Virus record (IMG/VR): IMGVR_UViG_3300036770_003728
Location: 1 to 64,000 of that record
DNA: 64,000 nt
Strand: one strand, 5' to 3'
DNA from: a virus
Part shown: positions 38,034-46,741 of the stretch, in pieces
Layout of the letters: every line of letters starts with the position of its first letter
Position numbering within the stretch: position 1 is the first letter of the stretch
The notes under the pieces: generated by a model
Databases searched by the model: none
What the model was told of the DNA's origin: nothing
The model's input: only the letters and a program-made list of their open reading frames with translations
Program-made: the position numbers and the translations under genes

Positions 38034-38731
38034 TGTTTGCTTACGGCCTCTATGTCATGATAACAGGTAATACGATTAACACAAATACCACGTAGACCAT
38101 GTTGTCTCATATAGTCATTGGTCCGTTCCCAAAGATTAGCATCTGAGGGATAAGCACGACCCATCATTTTTACTAGATCCCAATAACGCAATGGTATTCG
38201 TGCAAAATTCATACATGTTGTACTATGTATCAATCTACAGGGCTCAGGTCTATAATTATGATATTGATCATTGTTAGGCAAGGGAGGTAAAATTTCACCT
38301 GTTACATGTCGTGCTCTTGTACAGACAAAATCAGCTTGGAATTGTTCTATAGCCAAGTTAATTTCTGCCAGATGATTGTCTGCCCAATAGTCATCATGAT
38401 CTAATTTAGCCACATAATCATACCCATGTTGTCGTATAACATCCAGCCCATGATTGGCTGCTGCTACTCCGCCCGAGCACCATAATGCTTCACCACGATA
38501 ACCAGCATCACGTTCAGCTGCCACTGGTAAGTTTTCTAAATAGATTTTTTCTTTAGGATATTTACCGACTATGTCACGCAGTTCTTGATCTGGATCATAC
38601 CGATCACCAATGACAAATACATGAAAATCTTGATGAGTTTGAGCAAATACACTATCCAGGGTGCGCGGCAGTATGGTAGTCATTGCTCCGTCGGGGCGGC
38701 GGTATGTGTTGAGAAGAATGGCTATTTTCAT
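38030..38731 (-). CDS. GT2 glycosyltransferase
   Basis: LDSVFAQT, AKLDHDDYW. Confidence 0.85.
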   Translation of the reverse strand: MKIAILLNTYRRPDGAMTTILPRTLDSVFAQTHQDFHVFVIGDRYDPDQELRDIVGKYPKEKIYLENLPVAAERDAGYRGEALWCSGGVAAANHGLDVIRQHGYDYVAKLDHDDYWADNHLAEINLAIEQFQADFVCTRARHVTGEILPPLPNNDQYHNYRPEPCRLIHSTTCMNFARIPLRYWDLVKMMGRAYPSDANLWERTNDYMRQHGLRGICVNRITCYHDIEAVSKQ

Positions 38732-39348
38732 GCCAGGCGCCGAATTACATAACAATTGCCTTCAACATAGTCAGGCAAAAATCCTCGAGCACAATGAGTA
38801 TTAGGCACAGTACCATAAGCATGATAACGCCGGGGATCTAGGTTCTTGACTATGGCATCTACCGCAGGTCCTACCTCTGGACTATGCTCTCTGTCGTTAT
38901 AGTCATCAAATACTATCCAGCCATTGGGTACCACTAATTCACTATACCATTTCCAATCTTGCTCAACCCCTGCACCAGTATGGTCTCCATCTATAAACAG
39001 TAGGTCTACACTTAGGTCTTTAACACGATCAAAAACAGATTGTTCGTGACTGCTGCCTAGTACATACCTGAAATTGTTACCCAATGGGTTATTGGCTTCG
39101 ATGTTAAACTTTACAATACTAGGATGTACCGGACTGCCTAGATCAATACTTACCACACTGACATCAGGTCGTTGTAGCATTAGAATAGCACTGGCTCCAG
39201 CGTAACAACCGATTTCTAAATAAGTAGGTTTAGCACTTGGTAAAGGTAAATCATATAATATATGAAAATGATGGTGAAATGTTTGCCCACCGATGCGTTC
39301 AGTAATGTCTTCTAGAATTTTAAGAGATTGTGCAGTAGTTGTAATCAT
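38728..39348 (-). CDS. Class I SAM methyltransferase (Methyltransf_24-like)
   Basis: LEIGCYAGAS, LFIDGDH, VFDDY. Confidence 0.88.
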   Translation of the reverse strand: MITTTAQSLKILEDITERIGGQTFHHHFHILYDLPLPSAKPTYLEIGCYAGASAILMLQRPDVSVVSIDLGSPVHPSIVKFNIEANNPLGNNFRYVLGSSHEQSVFDRVKDLSVDLLFIDGDHTGAGVEQDWKWYSELVVPNGWIVFDDYNDREHSPEVGPAVDAIVKNLDPRRYHAYGTVPNTHCARGFLPDYVEGNCYVIRRLA

Positions 39349-39965
39349 TGTCTTGGTCTCGCAGGATTACCCTGTAATATAATCCCAGCATGTTCTGAAT
39401 TTTGATAGCTGTGGCGCACGATAGATCCGGCTGATACTTGTACCCCGGCAGCTAGATGTCTGTTAGGCAGTACATAACTACCAATCCCAAAAATACAACC
39501 AGGACCAATTTGGCAATCACCGCAGATTTCTGTGTTAGGAAACATAGTGGTCCATTGACCTACGCAGGCATCATGCCCCACAGTGGCGTTGGTATTCATA
39601 AAAACAAAATCCTCTACCACTGCATCACCAACTACAATACATTGAGCAGCTAACACACAACCGCGACCAATTCGAGAAAATGGGCTTACTTCACAACTTG
39701 GGTGTATGTATGTTCCCCAGCGGTCCTCGTTCTTACTGACTATAGCACGTTTAACATCAGGTTGTGCTACTGCTAGTAAGAATTCACAGTCAGCGAATTC
39801 ACCTGGTTCTATATTGTCACGCACTGGAAAATGCTTGGTGTATTCTGGATTGTTAAAGGGTTCTGTGCTGACTACGGCTGCAATAGCACCTAGTCCTCGG
39901 TCGTTGGCGATATAACCAATTAATTCTTTGGCTAATCCCCCAGACCCAAATATTACATATTTCAT
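39345..39965 (-). CDS. PglD/NeuD-family sugar acetyltransferase
   Basis: IFGSGGLAKE, IHPS, NTNATVGHD hexapeptide repeats, GNPAR. Confidence 0.9.
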   Translation of the reverse strand: MKYVIFGSGGLAKELIGYIANDRGLGAIAAVVSTEPFNNPEYTKHFPVRDNIEPGEFADCEFLLAVAQPDVKRAIVSKNEDRWGTYIHPSCEVSPFSRIGRGCVLAAQCIVVGDAVVEDFVFMNTNATVGHDACVGQWTTMFPNTEICGDCQIGPGCIFGIGSYVLPNRHLAAGVQVSAGSIVRHSYQNSEHAGIILQGNPARPRQ

Positions 39966-40594
39966 TGTTGATAAACCTTGTATTTGCTAAGATCCGGATA
40001 TGCATGTTCTATGTCCGGTAAGTGTCGTTTGCTACCATCTTCAGTATTGTAAAACTGATTCATTAATAACAATCCTCGTGCTGCTAGTTCGGGCATCATG
40101 TAAAAATTCCAACCCAACATATCAAAATGATCATCGTGATAGCTACACTCGCGGCGACCACTGAACCTAGCACGTTTGAACCATAGCATAGCTTCGTAGT
40201 TGTCAGTGAGTATAGCACCACCTTTGCTGAGTTTGAAATGTTTGTAAGGACCAGTGAAACTCACACACTGATATTGTCCAGGCACATACATGTCTGCGGT
40301 GAATCTCAAAGCACTATCCCAAACCGGTGTAGGATCAAGTTGATATGCACCGCGTATGGTACGTCCTTCAACTGGTAGGAATTCTACTCGTGCCCCAGCA
40401 TGAATTATTTCACAGGGTACACTGGGATAGGTTCTAGCAGGTATGCGTATAGTTTGATCTTTTACTCCAAGATACATCAAGCAAAGAAATAGTGCATTGC
40501 TTTGATTATCAACAGTAATTGCATATGGTGCTCCGGTATAATCTGCTAGGGCAGATTCGAAGTCTTCAGTGACTTTGTAGACGCCTTGTGCCAT
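39962..40594 (-). CDS. Short DegT/DnrJ/EryC1/StrS aminotransferase
   Basis: FESALADYTG, NALFLCL, WDSA, SFTGPYKH..KGGAIL, GWNFYM. Confidence 0.82.
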   Translation of the reverse strand: MAQGVYKVTEDFESALADYTGAPYAITVDNQSNALFLCLMYLGVKDQTIRIPARTYPSVPCEIIHAGARVEFLPVEGRTIRGAYQLDPTPVWDSALRFTADMYVPGQYQCVSFTGPYKHFKLSKGGAILTDNYEAMLWFKRARFSGRRECSYHDDHFDMLGWNFYMMPELAARGLLLMNQFYNTEDGSKRHLPDIEHAYPDLSKYKVYQQ

Positions 40595-40597
40595 TGC

Positions 40598-40756
40598 TTA
40601 CTCTTTGGCTTTAGGACGATCATTTTCCAACAAGTCTTTGATTACACGGATTGCTTTACGACTAGTGTCGTACACATACTCTTTGGTTTCTTCTTCGGTT
40701 GCGATAACCAAAATGAAACCATTGGCAGCTCGACGGATTTCGATTGATTCAAACAT
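40598..40756 (-). CDS. 52-aa hypothetical protein
   Basis: MFESIEIRRAANGFILVIAT...; GAGGA SD; below the ORF-track cutoff. Confidence 0.65.
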   Translation of the reverse strand: MFESIEIRRAANGFILVIATEEETKEYVYDTSRKAIRVIKDLLENDRPKAKE

Positions 40757-40773
40757 AATTGATCCTCAAGTTA

Positions 40774-40813
40774 TAGATAATGCAAGTATAGCATTATCTA
40801 GATAGATTGTCTA
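40774..40813 (-). promoter_or_regulatory. Sigma70-like promoter of the glycan operon, with inverted repeat around the -10
   Basis: TAGACA-17-TATACT; TAGATAATGC-N7-GCATTATCTA. Confidence 0.6.
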
Positions 40814-42379
40814 GCGTTTTTGCCTAACAGCGTTGTCTTTTTTGGGCCTATTTGTGCCAGAATCGGCGCCAGGAGGTTTAATACTAACACGCCGGCCGGT
40901 AACCACATTAGGTGCAGCCACTGGCTGTTTTTTCTTACCAGCGGTGTGGGCCGGTTGACTATCTTGTTGAGCAGGATCGTCAACGTCATTGGGCTCAGGC
41001 AACTGCTCGGGACGAGTTCCTGGAGGACGTAGCTTGAAACTAAAACCACCTTTGGTGGGATCACTGCCACCGCTTTTGGTTTCAATGGTAACAATGCCGT
41101 CTAGTTGAGCAGGCCACTGAGTAACAAACTTCATTATGCCAGTTTTATTGTCTACTTCGGCATACTGTTGAATAAAATTCATACCCAGTGTTTCTAATAT
41201 AGCACTTTGAAATTCTGGTACTTCTCCGCTGTTGATAATATTCATTACAGCTTTTTTAGTTTCATAAGTTAACTTACCACCATCACTGCCACTGCTACGA
41301 AGATTGGCAAATAGTTTACTAAATTTACTTGGCAATGGTGCGCTGCCTTTTTGTTTGATATTGTCAATGACCATAGCTATAACTTGATCACTCCACGGCA
41401 AAAACGGCTTAAACATTCCAGGAATCTTATCGCCATGTGTTTCTGCTAACACATTCATCACATAAAACACCTGGCTCACGCTGGTTGGTTTCATTAATGA
41501 CTTGTTTGAACAAATATCTAATATTCTTACCACAGTACTGTAGTCTGGGTTGTCTCGGACCGAATCTGGTATCTTAAGTCCGCTCATACTGGGTGCTGCA
41601 CCACCACCTGTGCCTTTGCTACTGATATTAACTGTGTGCCCAGTGGTACGATTGGTTACTTGAGCAAAACTATCTGCTAAAGGAGTATTGGCTTTGCTAG
41701 GAAAATTCAAAGTAAGGCTTTTAACATCTCCACCTAACCATTTCGTAAATGCGGCCTGTTTTCCTGGCCCACCGGCCCATTCTGATCTGCCAGTTACCAT
41801 GGCCAGCACACCAAGATATTCACCAGCATAATCAACTATACTAGTTTTAAGACCTTTGTCCTTGAGTAACTCGGGTGGGATTACAACAGGTTGCCCTGAC
41901 ACAATCTGCTTGGCCATTTGTATAACTGCTTGTCCATACGGAGTACTATTAAGCACTTCATTACTGGCCAACATCGAACCTAACTGCTTGCCAGCAATAG
42001 GTTGGTCTGTGATATTAATCTGACTGGGCTTAAGCAAGGCACTTTCTTTGCTGACTTCTTGTTCACCGTCTTGTCCGGGCACAGCACTGGCTCCACCAAA
42101 ATCACTGGTTTTTAAGAAGCTGCTCATGAGCCAAGATTGACCATTCACGTCCTGTACTGAATAAGATCCTTTGAAATTGTTTTTTTCGTGATCGGCTACA
42201 ATACGAGCCGCTTCCCTGGGATCAACTTGAACTTGGTCACCGTTTTGAGTATAGAAAGGCTGTCCAGCTTGGATACGTTGTATGACTTTTTCAAAGCGGC
42301 CAGGACGTTTGAGAATTTCACCAGGAGTAAGGAATTTGCCTTCTTGTAGTAGGTCAAGTTTGTTAAGTAAATCGCGCAT
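40811..42379 (-). CDS. Probable internal head protein, possible PD-(D/E)XK-like fold
   Basis: MRDLLNKLDLLQE N-terminus; GEYLG...PLADS...NISSK; TAAATA upstream. Confidence 0.55.
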   Translation of the reverse strand: MRDLLNKLDLLQEGKFLTPGEILKRPGRFEKVIQRIQAGQPFYTQNGDQVQVDPREAARIVADHEKNNFKGSYSVQDVNGQSWLMSSFLKTSDFGGASAVPGQDGEQEVSKESALLKPSQINITDQPIAGKQLGSMLASNEVLNSTPYGQAVIQMAKQIVSGQPVVIPPELLKDKGLKTSIVDYAGEYLGVLAMVTGRSEWAGGPGKQAAFTKWLGGDVKSLTLNFPSKANTPLADSFAQVTNRTTGHTVNISSKGTGGGAAPSMSGLKIPDSVRDNPDYSTVVRILDICSNKSLMKPTSVSQVFYVMNVLAETHGDKIPGMFKPFLPWSDQVIAMVIDNIKQKGSAPLPSKFSKLFANLRSSGSDGGKLTYETKKAVMNIINSGEVPEFQSAILETLGMNFIQQYAEVDNKTGIMKFVTQWPAQLDGIVTIETKSGGSDPTKGGFSFKLRPPGTRPEQLPEPNDVDDPAQQDSQPAHTAGKKKQPVAAPNVVTGRRVSIKPPGADSGTNRPKKDNAVRQKR

Positions 42380-42382
42380 ATT

Positions 42383-42643
42383 CTATTTATTACGTAAGCC
42401 ATCTATCAAGTCATTGTGTAATTTGTGTTTGACTTTTAAGTATTCTAATTCAAACTCGTTACAGGCTGCTTCTAAGGTGTCTAGTCGATACTCGGCATAA
42501 AGACCTAGCCTAATTATAGTAGCCAAGCTATTTAGGTTATCTTTGTGTTCTTGAATATCAACTACATGGCGGCAACTGCGACTAGTTTTTAGTGCGTCCC
42601 ATTGATCTAGTAGTTCTTGTGCTCGAGTTTCTGTTGTGGCCAT
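42383..42643 (-). CDS. Hypothetical protein
   Basis: ORF only. Confidence 0.55.
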   Translation of the reverse strand: MATTETRAQELLDQWDALKTSRSCRHVVDIQEHKDNLNSLATIIRLGLYAEYRLDTLEAACNEFELEYLKVKHKLHNDLIDGLRNK

Positions 42644-42706
42644 AAATAAATGTAGTTCACGGGACTGCCATCCCCAACTACTCTAACGCCTAAGGGAGCA
42701 TCAGCA

Positions 42707-43426
42707 ATGTTATTTAGTTCCATCAACATCCCTAGTGGATTTTATGTTTATGCATACATCAGAAAATCCGGTACTCCGTATTATATCGGTAAAGGGAAAA
42801 ATAAAAGAGCATGGACTAAGCATCATATTCAAATTCCAAAAGATAAATCGAGAATAATTATTCTCGAATCAAATTTAACAGAAATAGGAGCGTTTGCTCT
42901 TGAACGACGGTACATTAAATGGTGGGGTCGTAAAAACAACTCTACTGGCATTTTAATTAACGAATCAGAAGGAGGAGAAGGTTCAACTGGTAGATTTAAT
43001 TGGTATAAAGGTAAGACAGAAATAGAAAGATTTGGCAAAGAAAGGGCGAAAGAAATTAGCGAAAAAAGGGTCAGATCAAACAAAGGAAAGTTGAGCCGAC
43101 CTGGTATGAAAAATGGAATGTTTGGTCGGAGTGCTTTGAAAGAAAAAAATTATAAATTTTATACCAACGGTTTAATAGACATTTGTGTTATAGAAGGAAA
43201 TCAACCAATTGGTTTTGTAAGAGGTGTAAGTAGAACTAATTCAAATGCCAAATCTTATACTGTAATAGACCCTGTTGGAGCAAAGTATTGTTTACCCAAA
43301 GGAGATCTTGAAATTTTTTGCCTTAATCATAATGTATCTCTCAGTGGACTTAGACAATTGGCTAGAACAAATAAAATTGGTAAAAGAATGTCTGTTAAAG
43401 GATGGCGATGTTTTTACACAGAGTAA
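42707..43426 (+). mobile_element. Free-standing GIY-YIG homing endonuclease gene
   Basis: FYVYAY...PYYIGKG...R...E...LIN...GGEG; NUMOD-like NGMFGR and YTNG; AT-rich and antisense to neighbours. Confidence 0.85.
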
Positions 43427-43866
43427 TCCTCCATTCCCGCAGTCTTTAATCTTACTAAATGTCCTTGCATATAATTTTTTGACTCTAATCCCTTCATGAT
43501 TCCGAGGTACTTATTTCTTAAAAGTGCAACTTCATTTATGATTGTTTCATAATCAATGACTTCATCAGTACCATCTACATATTTTTCAGCATCTCTGCTA
43601 CTCAATGCCCTATTATAGTTTTCGAGATATTTCTGAAAATGGACTTTTCGTATTTTACGGAGTTGTATATTAAGGAAGTTAAGCACCGCTTCAATCTCTT
43701 GTAGTTGATTAAAACGATGCTCGGTAATCCCAGGCAACTGACTAATGCTCTTTTCTACACTACCGCGTATATGACATTCAGTTCTTGCTGTGTCTAATTC
43801 ACGTTCGTAATAAGCTATAAAGTCCGGAATATTGGCTATATCCTGTACTACACGATTGTACCACAT
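43414..43866 (-). CDS. uvsY: Recombination mediator UvsY-like
   Basis: Helical; [13 protein letters not shown]...KGLESK; downstream of uvsX. Confidence 0.7.
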   Translation of the reverse strand: MWYNRVVQDIANIPDFIAYYERELDTARTECHIRGSVEKSISQLPGITEHRFNQLQEIEAVLNFLNIQLRKIRKVHFQKYLENYNRALSSRDAEKYVDGTDEVIDYETIINEVALLRNKYLGIMKGLESKNYMQGHLVRLKTAGMEDYSV

Positions 43867-44093
43867 TATTCGTCATAGTCTTCGTCATAGTCATCTTCGG
43901 CTGGGCCGGCGTATTCCTTAAACGCACGACCCAGGGCTGCATCTGTTCGCCCAAATTCTTTAAGCTCTGCATCGTCAAGATAGTCTACCATGATACTCAT
44001 AACATTATCGGCTGCTTCTTGGCGATCTTTAACAGGTATGTACTGCTTTAGAATTGAATATGCTTCACTGAGCACTTCTACATCAATGGTCAT
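43866..44093 (-). CDS. Hypothetical acidic protein
   Basis: Coupled ORF. Confidence 0.7.
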   Translation of the reverse strand: MTIDVEVLSEAYSILKQYIPVKDRQEAADNVMSIMVDYLDDAELKEFGRTDAALGRAFKEYAGPAEDDYDEDYDE

Positions 44094-44272
44094 TTGGTCT
44101 TCCTTGATTTCAATGAACGAGCTAAACGTAACACAATATTCTCTACTTTGTCAAGCTCATGTCTGATTTCAATTTGCTCTTTCAAATCTCGCAAACTGTT
44201 GTCAATTAGCTCTATGTATCTTATTAATTTATCTACTCTAGCTTCAAGCTCATCAAATCTATCTGGCATCAC
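44090..44272 (-). CDS. Hypothetical coiled-coil protein
   Basis: Coupled ORF. Confidence 0.6.
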   Translation of the reverse strand: MMPDRFDELEARVDKLIRYIELIDNSLRDLKEQIEIRHELDKVENIVLRLARSLKSRKTK

Positions 44273-45342
44273 TCGGCTTCGGCACTATCTCCCGAAGGCT
44301 CCTCTTTCGTTACCTGGTGTGGATTAGCCACAAAATCGGCCATAACCCTGTCCAGACTCGAATCCTCATTGCGCTCCCAGGCTTTACGAAACTGCTTAAT
44401 CACAGTGCCGTCTGCCAATGTATATTTAAGACTATTGCCATCTTTTTGAAGTAAGCCTTTTCCTTCAAACAAGTCTACCAAGCCTGAGTAGGGATTCATC
44501 CCAGTCTCATACGGAATTTTGACTTGTACACTTTCAAAAGGTTTGGCATATCGTGTTTTCATAATCTTACAGGCTGATCGAATGCCTTTGACTTCGGATA
44601 TCTTATTGCCATCCTCATCCTCTTTGAGCTTGAGTTTACGCATGGCTACTACAATCGAACTAGCATAGATAAAGCCTTGCCCACCTGAGATCTTGTCATC
44701 CGGATCAAACATGTCTTGGCTGGCATAGGTATGATTAGTTGCTACTAGGCCAATGTTAAGACTGCCAAACATATTCACACAGTTTCTAACCAATGCTGTT
44801 AGTGCTTTGGGCTTTCGTCCTAGGTCACCTTTAAGGTCGCCTGCGTCAAACTGATTCACATCAGTGGGAGTCAACAACATGCCCAAGCTATCTAATACAA
44901 ACAAGACTTTGGGACGTGACTCTTCAGGTAATGTTTTGTACTCTTTTACGAACTCACTAATCATTTTAGCCACATCATCAATCATGGCCATGTTGAGTTT
45001 GAGTAATTTACTTTCATCAGTATCAACGCCTAGTGCTTTAAGCCAGTCTTCGTCTAGTGCGTTTTCAGTATCAATAAGGATAGGATAGATACCTTGTTGT
45101 TGGGCGTGCCTAATCAAATTACCACTACAGATAAAACTCTTACCGGCACCAGATTCGCCAGCAAATACCGTTACTTTACCAAGAGGCACTCCCCTGTCAA
45201 AAGCACCGGAAATTAGGTAGTTTAAGGCGTAATTTCCGGTGGAAATCCAGTCTGTAGGGTCGTTAAATCCAATGCTAACGCCTTCAATGCTCTTAGTTAT
45301 GCTTTTGCGAAATTTCGACAAATCAAAAGGTCTTTGTGCCAT
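44269..45342 (-). CDS. uvsX: RecA/UvsX recombinase
   Basis: ISTGNYALN, GESGAGKS, IDTENA, VLDSLG, SGGQG, KTR. Confidence 0.95.
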   Translation of the reverse strand: MAQRPFDLSKFRKSITKSIEGVSIGFNDPTDWISTGNYALNYLISGAFDRGVPLGKVTVFAGESGAGKSFICSGNLIRHAQQQGIYPILIDTENALDEDWLKALGVDTDESKLLKLNMAMIDDVAKMISEFVKEYKTLPEESRPKVLFVLDSLGMLLTPTDVNQFDAGDLKGDLGRKPKALTALVRNCVNMFGSLNIGLVATNHTYASQDMFDPDDKISGGQGFIYASSIVVAMRKLKLKEDEDGNKISEVKGIRSACKIMKTRYAKPFESVQVKIPYETGMNPYSGLVDLFEGKGLLQKDGNSLKYTLADGTVIKQFRKAWERNEDSSLDRVMADFVANPHQVTKEEPSGDSAEAE

Positions 45343-45554
45343 TATTTTATTCCCTTTGGATATTCTCGAGGTTGGACTATAATGTCAGTCCTACCAATGG
45401 CTTGTAGCCAAGTATTCAGTCTGTGAATGATAGTAGAATCGTCACGTGGGTTATCAAAGTTTATATTACAGTCCATAACTGTGTCTCCGGTGCTGTCTTC
45501 TCGACTGGAAAAATTGAGAGAATAGCTCTCATTAATCTTTGTAGATTTTGCCAT
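45342..45554 (-). CDS. Hypothetical protein
   Basis: TAATG coupling to uvsX. Confidence 0.65.
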   Translation of the reverse strand: MAKSTKINESYSLNFSSREDSTGDTVMDCNINFDNPRDDSTIIHRLNTWLQAIGRTDIIVQPREYPKGIK

Positions 45555-45577
45555 ATTTTTGTCCTAGCAGATGGGAT

Positions 45578-45600
45578 GGACAAGGGCCTGGCCCTTGTCC
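45578..45600. other. Strong stem-loop downstream of the SSB gene (no U-tract)
   Basis: GGACAAGGGC-N3-GCCCTTGTCC. Confidence 0.7.
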
Positions 45601-45613
45601 TAGTACTACATTA

Positions 45614-46606
45614 TTACTTTTGACGGTTGCGAATCATCGCAAGAATATCTTCGGCACGTTGGCTAGAACTCTTGGAGTCTGCTGCTGGTGCCGGAGTTTT
45701 CACTGGGGCAGTAGGTGCCACATCATCTTCATCTGCATCCATGTCCTCTACAGAGGCACGGGCTGGGGCAGCAGGTGCAGGCGAAGCTGCTTCAGTGGGC
45801 GCGGTTCCAACATCCAAACCAGGTGGCTTGTAATATTGCCCCCAACGCTCTGCATCATATTCCTTCCCGTCTACAGAAGCTTCAAACATTTCCTTGATGA
45901 TCCTAAGTTCAACATCACCAGGTTTCTTGGGTAAGAACTCACTGAGATTGAACAGTCCATATTTTTCGATTGCCGCTAAATCGTCTGAAGCCAGCGCCGT
46001 CTCACGACGTGCCCATTTACTAGTGCTGTAATCAGCATAACCACCTTTGCTGGTTTTACTTACAGTAAAATCCAAACCATTCTCATAATCTGTAGGAAGA
46101 TTCTCAAGCTCAGGATCCATTAATGAACCTTTAATAAGGTTAAAGATCTGCGGGCTAATAATAAACCTGCGGATGGGATTTTCAGGAACCCTGTCCTCTT
46201 TCAGCGGATTATCGCGCACAAACCCTTGAAAAAGATATGACTTTTTCTTCCAATACTTACGACCCATTTCTTCCATACTTGGATCTTTGAACCAGGTACG
46301 AACTTCGGCCAGGATCGGGCAAGGAGTATCCTTACCATACATTTCCATACAGGGCACTTGAACAATCACTGGACGGCTATCTGCCTGTCCTTTGATGCCA
46401 GCAAACGGCAATTTAATCATTGCACGTTCAACCCAAAAGAAAGTATTTTTGGAGTCGGCGTCTGGGAGGAAACGAATTTTGGCCGAGGAACCTTCTTCGA
46501 TGTTCCAGTGTGGGTAGATCCCACCGTCGCCATTTGTTGAACCGGATGAGCCACGGTTCTCGGCTGCTGCTAATTTTGCGCGAATTTCTGCTAGTGTAGT
46601 TGCCAT
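45614..46606 (-). CDS. gp32-like single-stranded DNA-binding protein
   Basis: IRFLPD, C...CP, YWKKKSY, GLDF..K...GGYADYSTSKW, acidic linker. Confidence 0.88.
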   Translation of the reverse strand: MATTLAEIRAKLAAAENRGSSGSTNGDGGIYPHWNIEEGSSAKIRFLPDADSKNTFFWVERAMIKLPFAGIKGQADSRPVIVQVPCMEMYGKDTPCPILAEVRTWFKDPSMEEMGRKYWKKKSYLFQGFVRDNPLKEDRVPENPIRRFIISPQIFNLIKGSLMDPELENLPTDYENGLDFTVSKTSKGGYADYSTSKWARRETALASDDLAAIEKYGLFNLSEFLPKKPGDVELRIIKEMFEASVDGKEYDAERWGQYYKPPGLDVGTAPTEAASPAPAAPARASVEDMDADEDDVAPTAPVKTPAPAADSKSSSQRAEDILAMIRNRQK

Positions 46607-46671
46607 GATGAATGTCCTTTATATTAAGATGGTCTTACAAAAAGTGCTTAGATATACTCTGCACAATGCAT

Positions 46672-46699
46672 AGTATAACATTTGTATTTAGCTTGTCAA
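46672..46699 (-). promoter_or_regulatory. Sigma70-like promoter with nested TAAATA, for the SSB-uvsX operon
   Basis: TTGACA-16-TATACT. Confidence 0.65.
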
Positions 46700-46700
46700 C

Positions 46701-46723
46701 AAAAAAGACAGAATAAATCTGTC
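46701..46723 (-). terminator. Rho-independent terminator
   Basis: GACAGA-TTTAT-TCTGTC-TTTTTT. Confidence 0.75.
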
Positions 46724-46741
46724 CGTTATAAACTTAGTAGT

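Noticed and set aside
42650-42706. tRNA-like element
   Set aside because: No cloverleaf or T-loop consensus; reported as a leader hairpin instead
45548-45934. 128-aa plus-strand ORF and similar antisense ORFs in the nrdA, 622-aa and sheath genes
   Set aside because: Antisense to well-supported genes and lacking motifs
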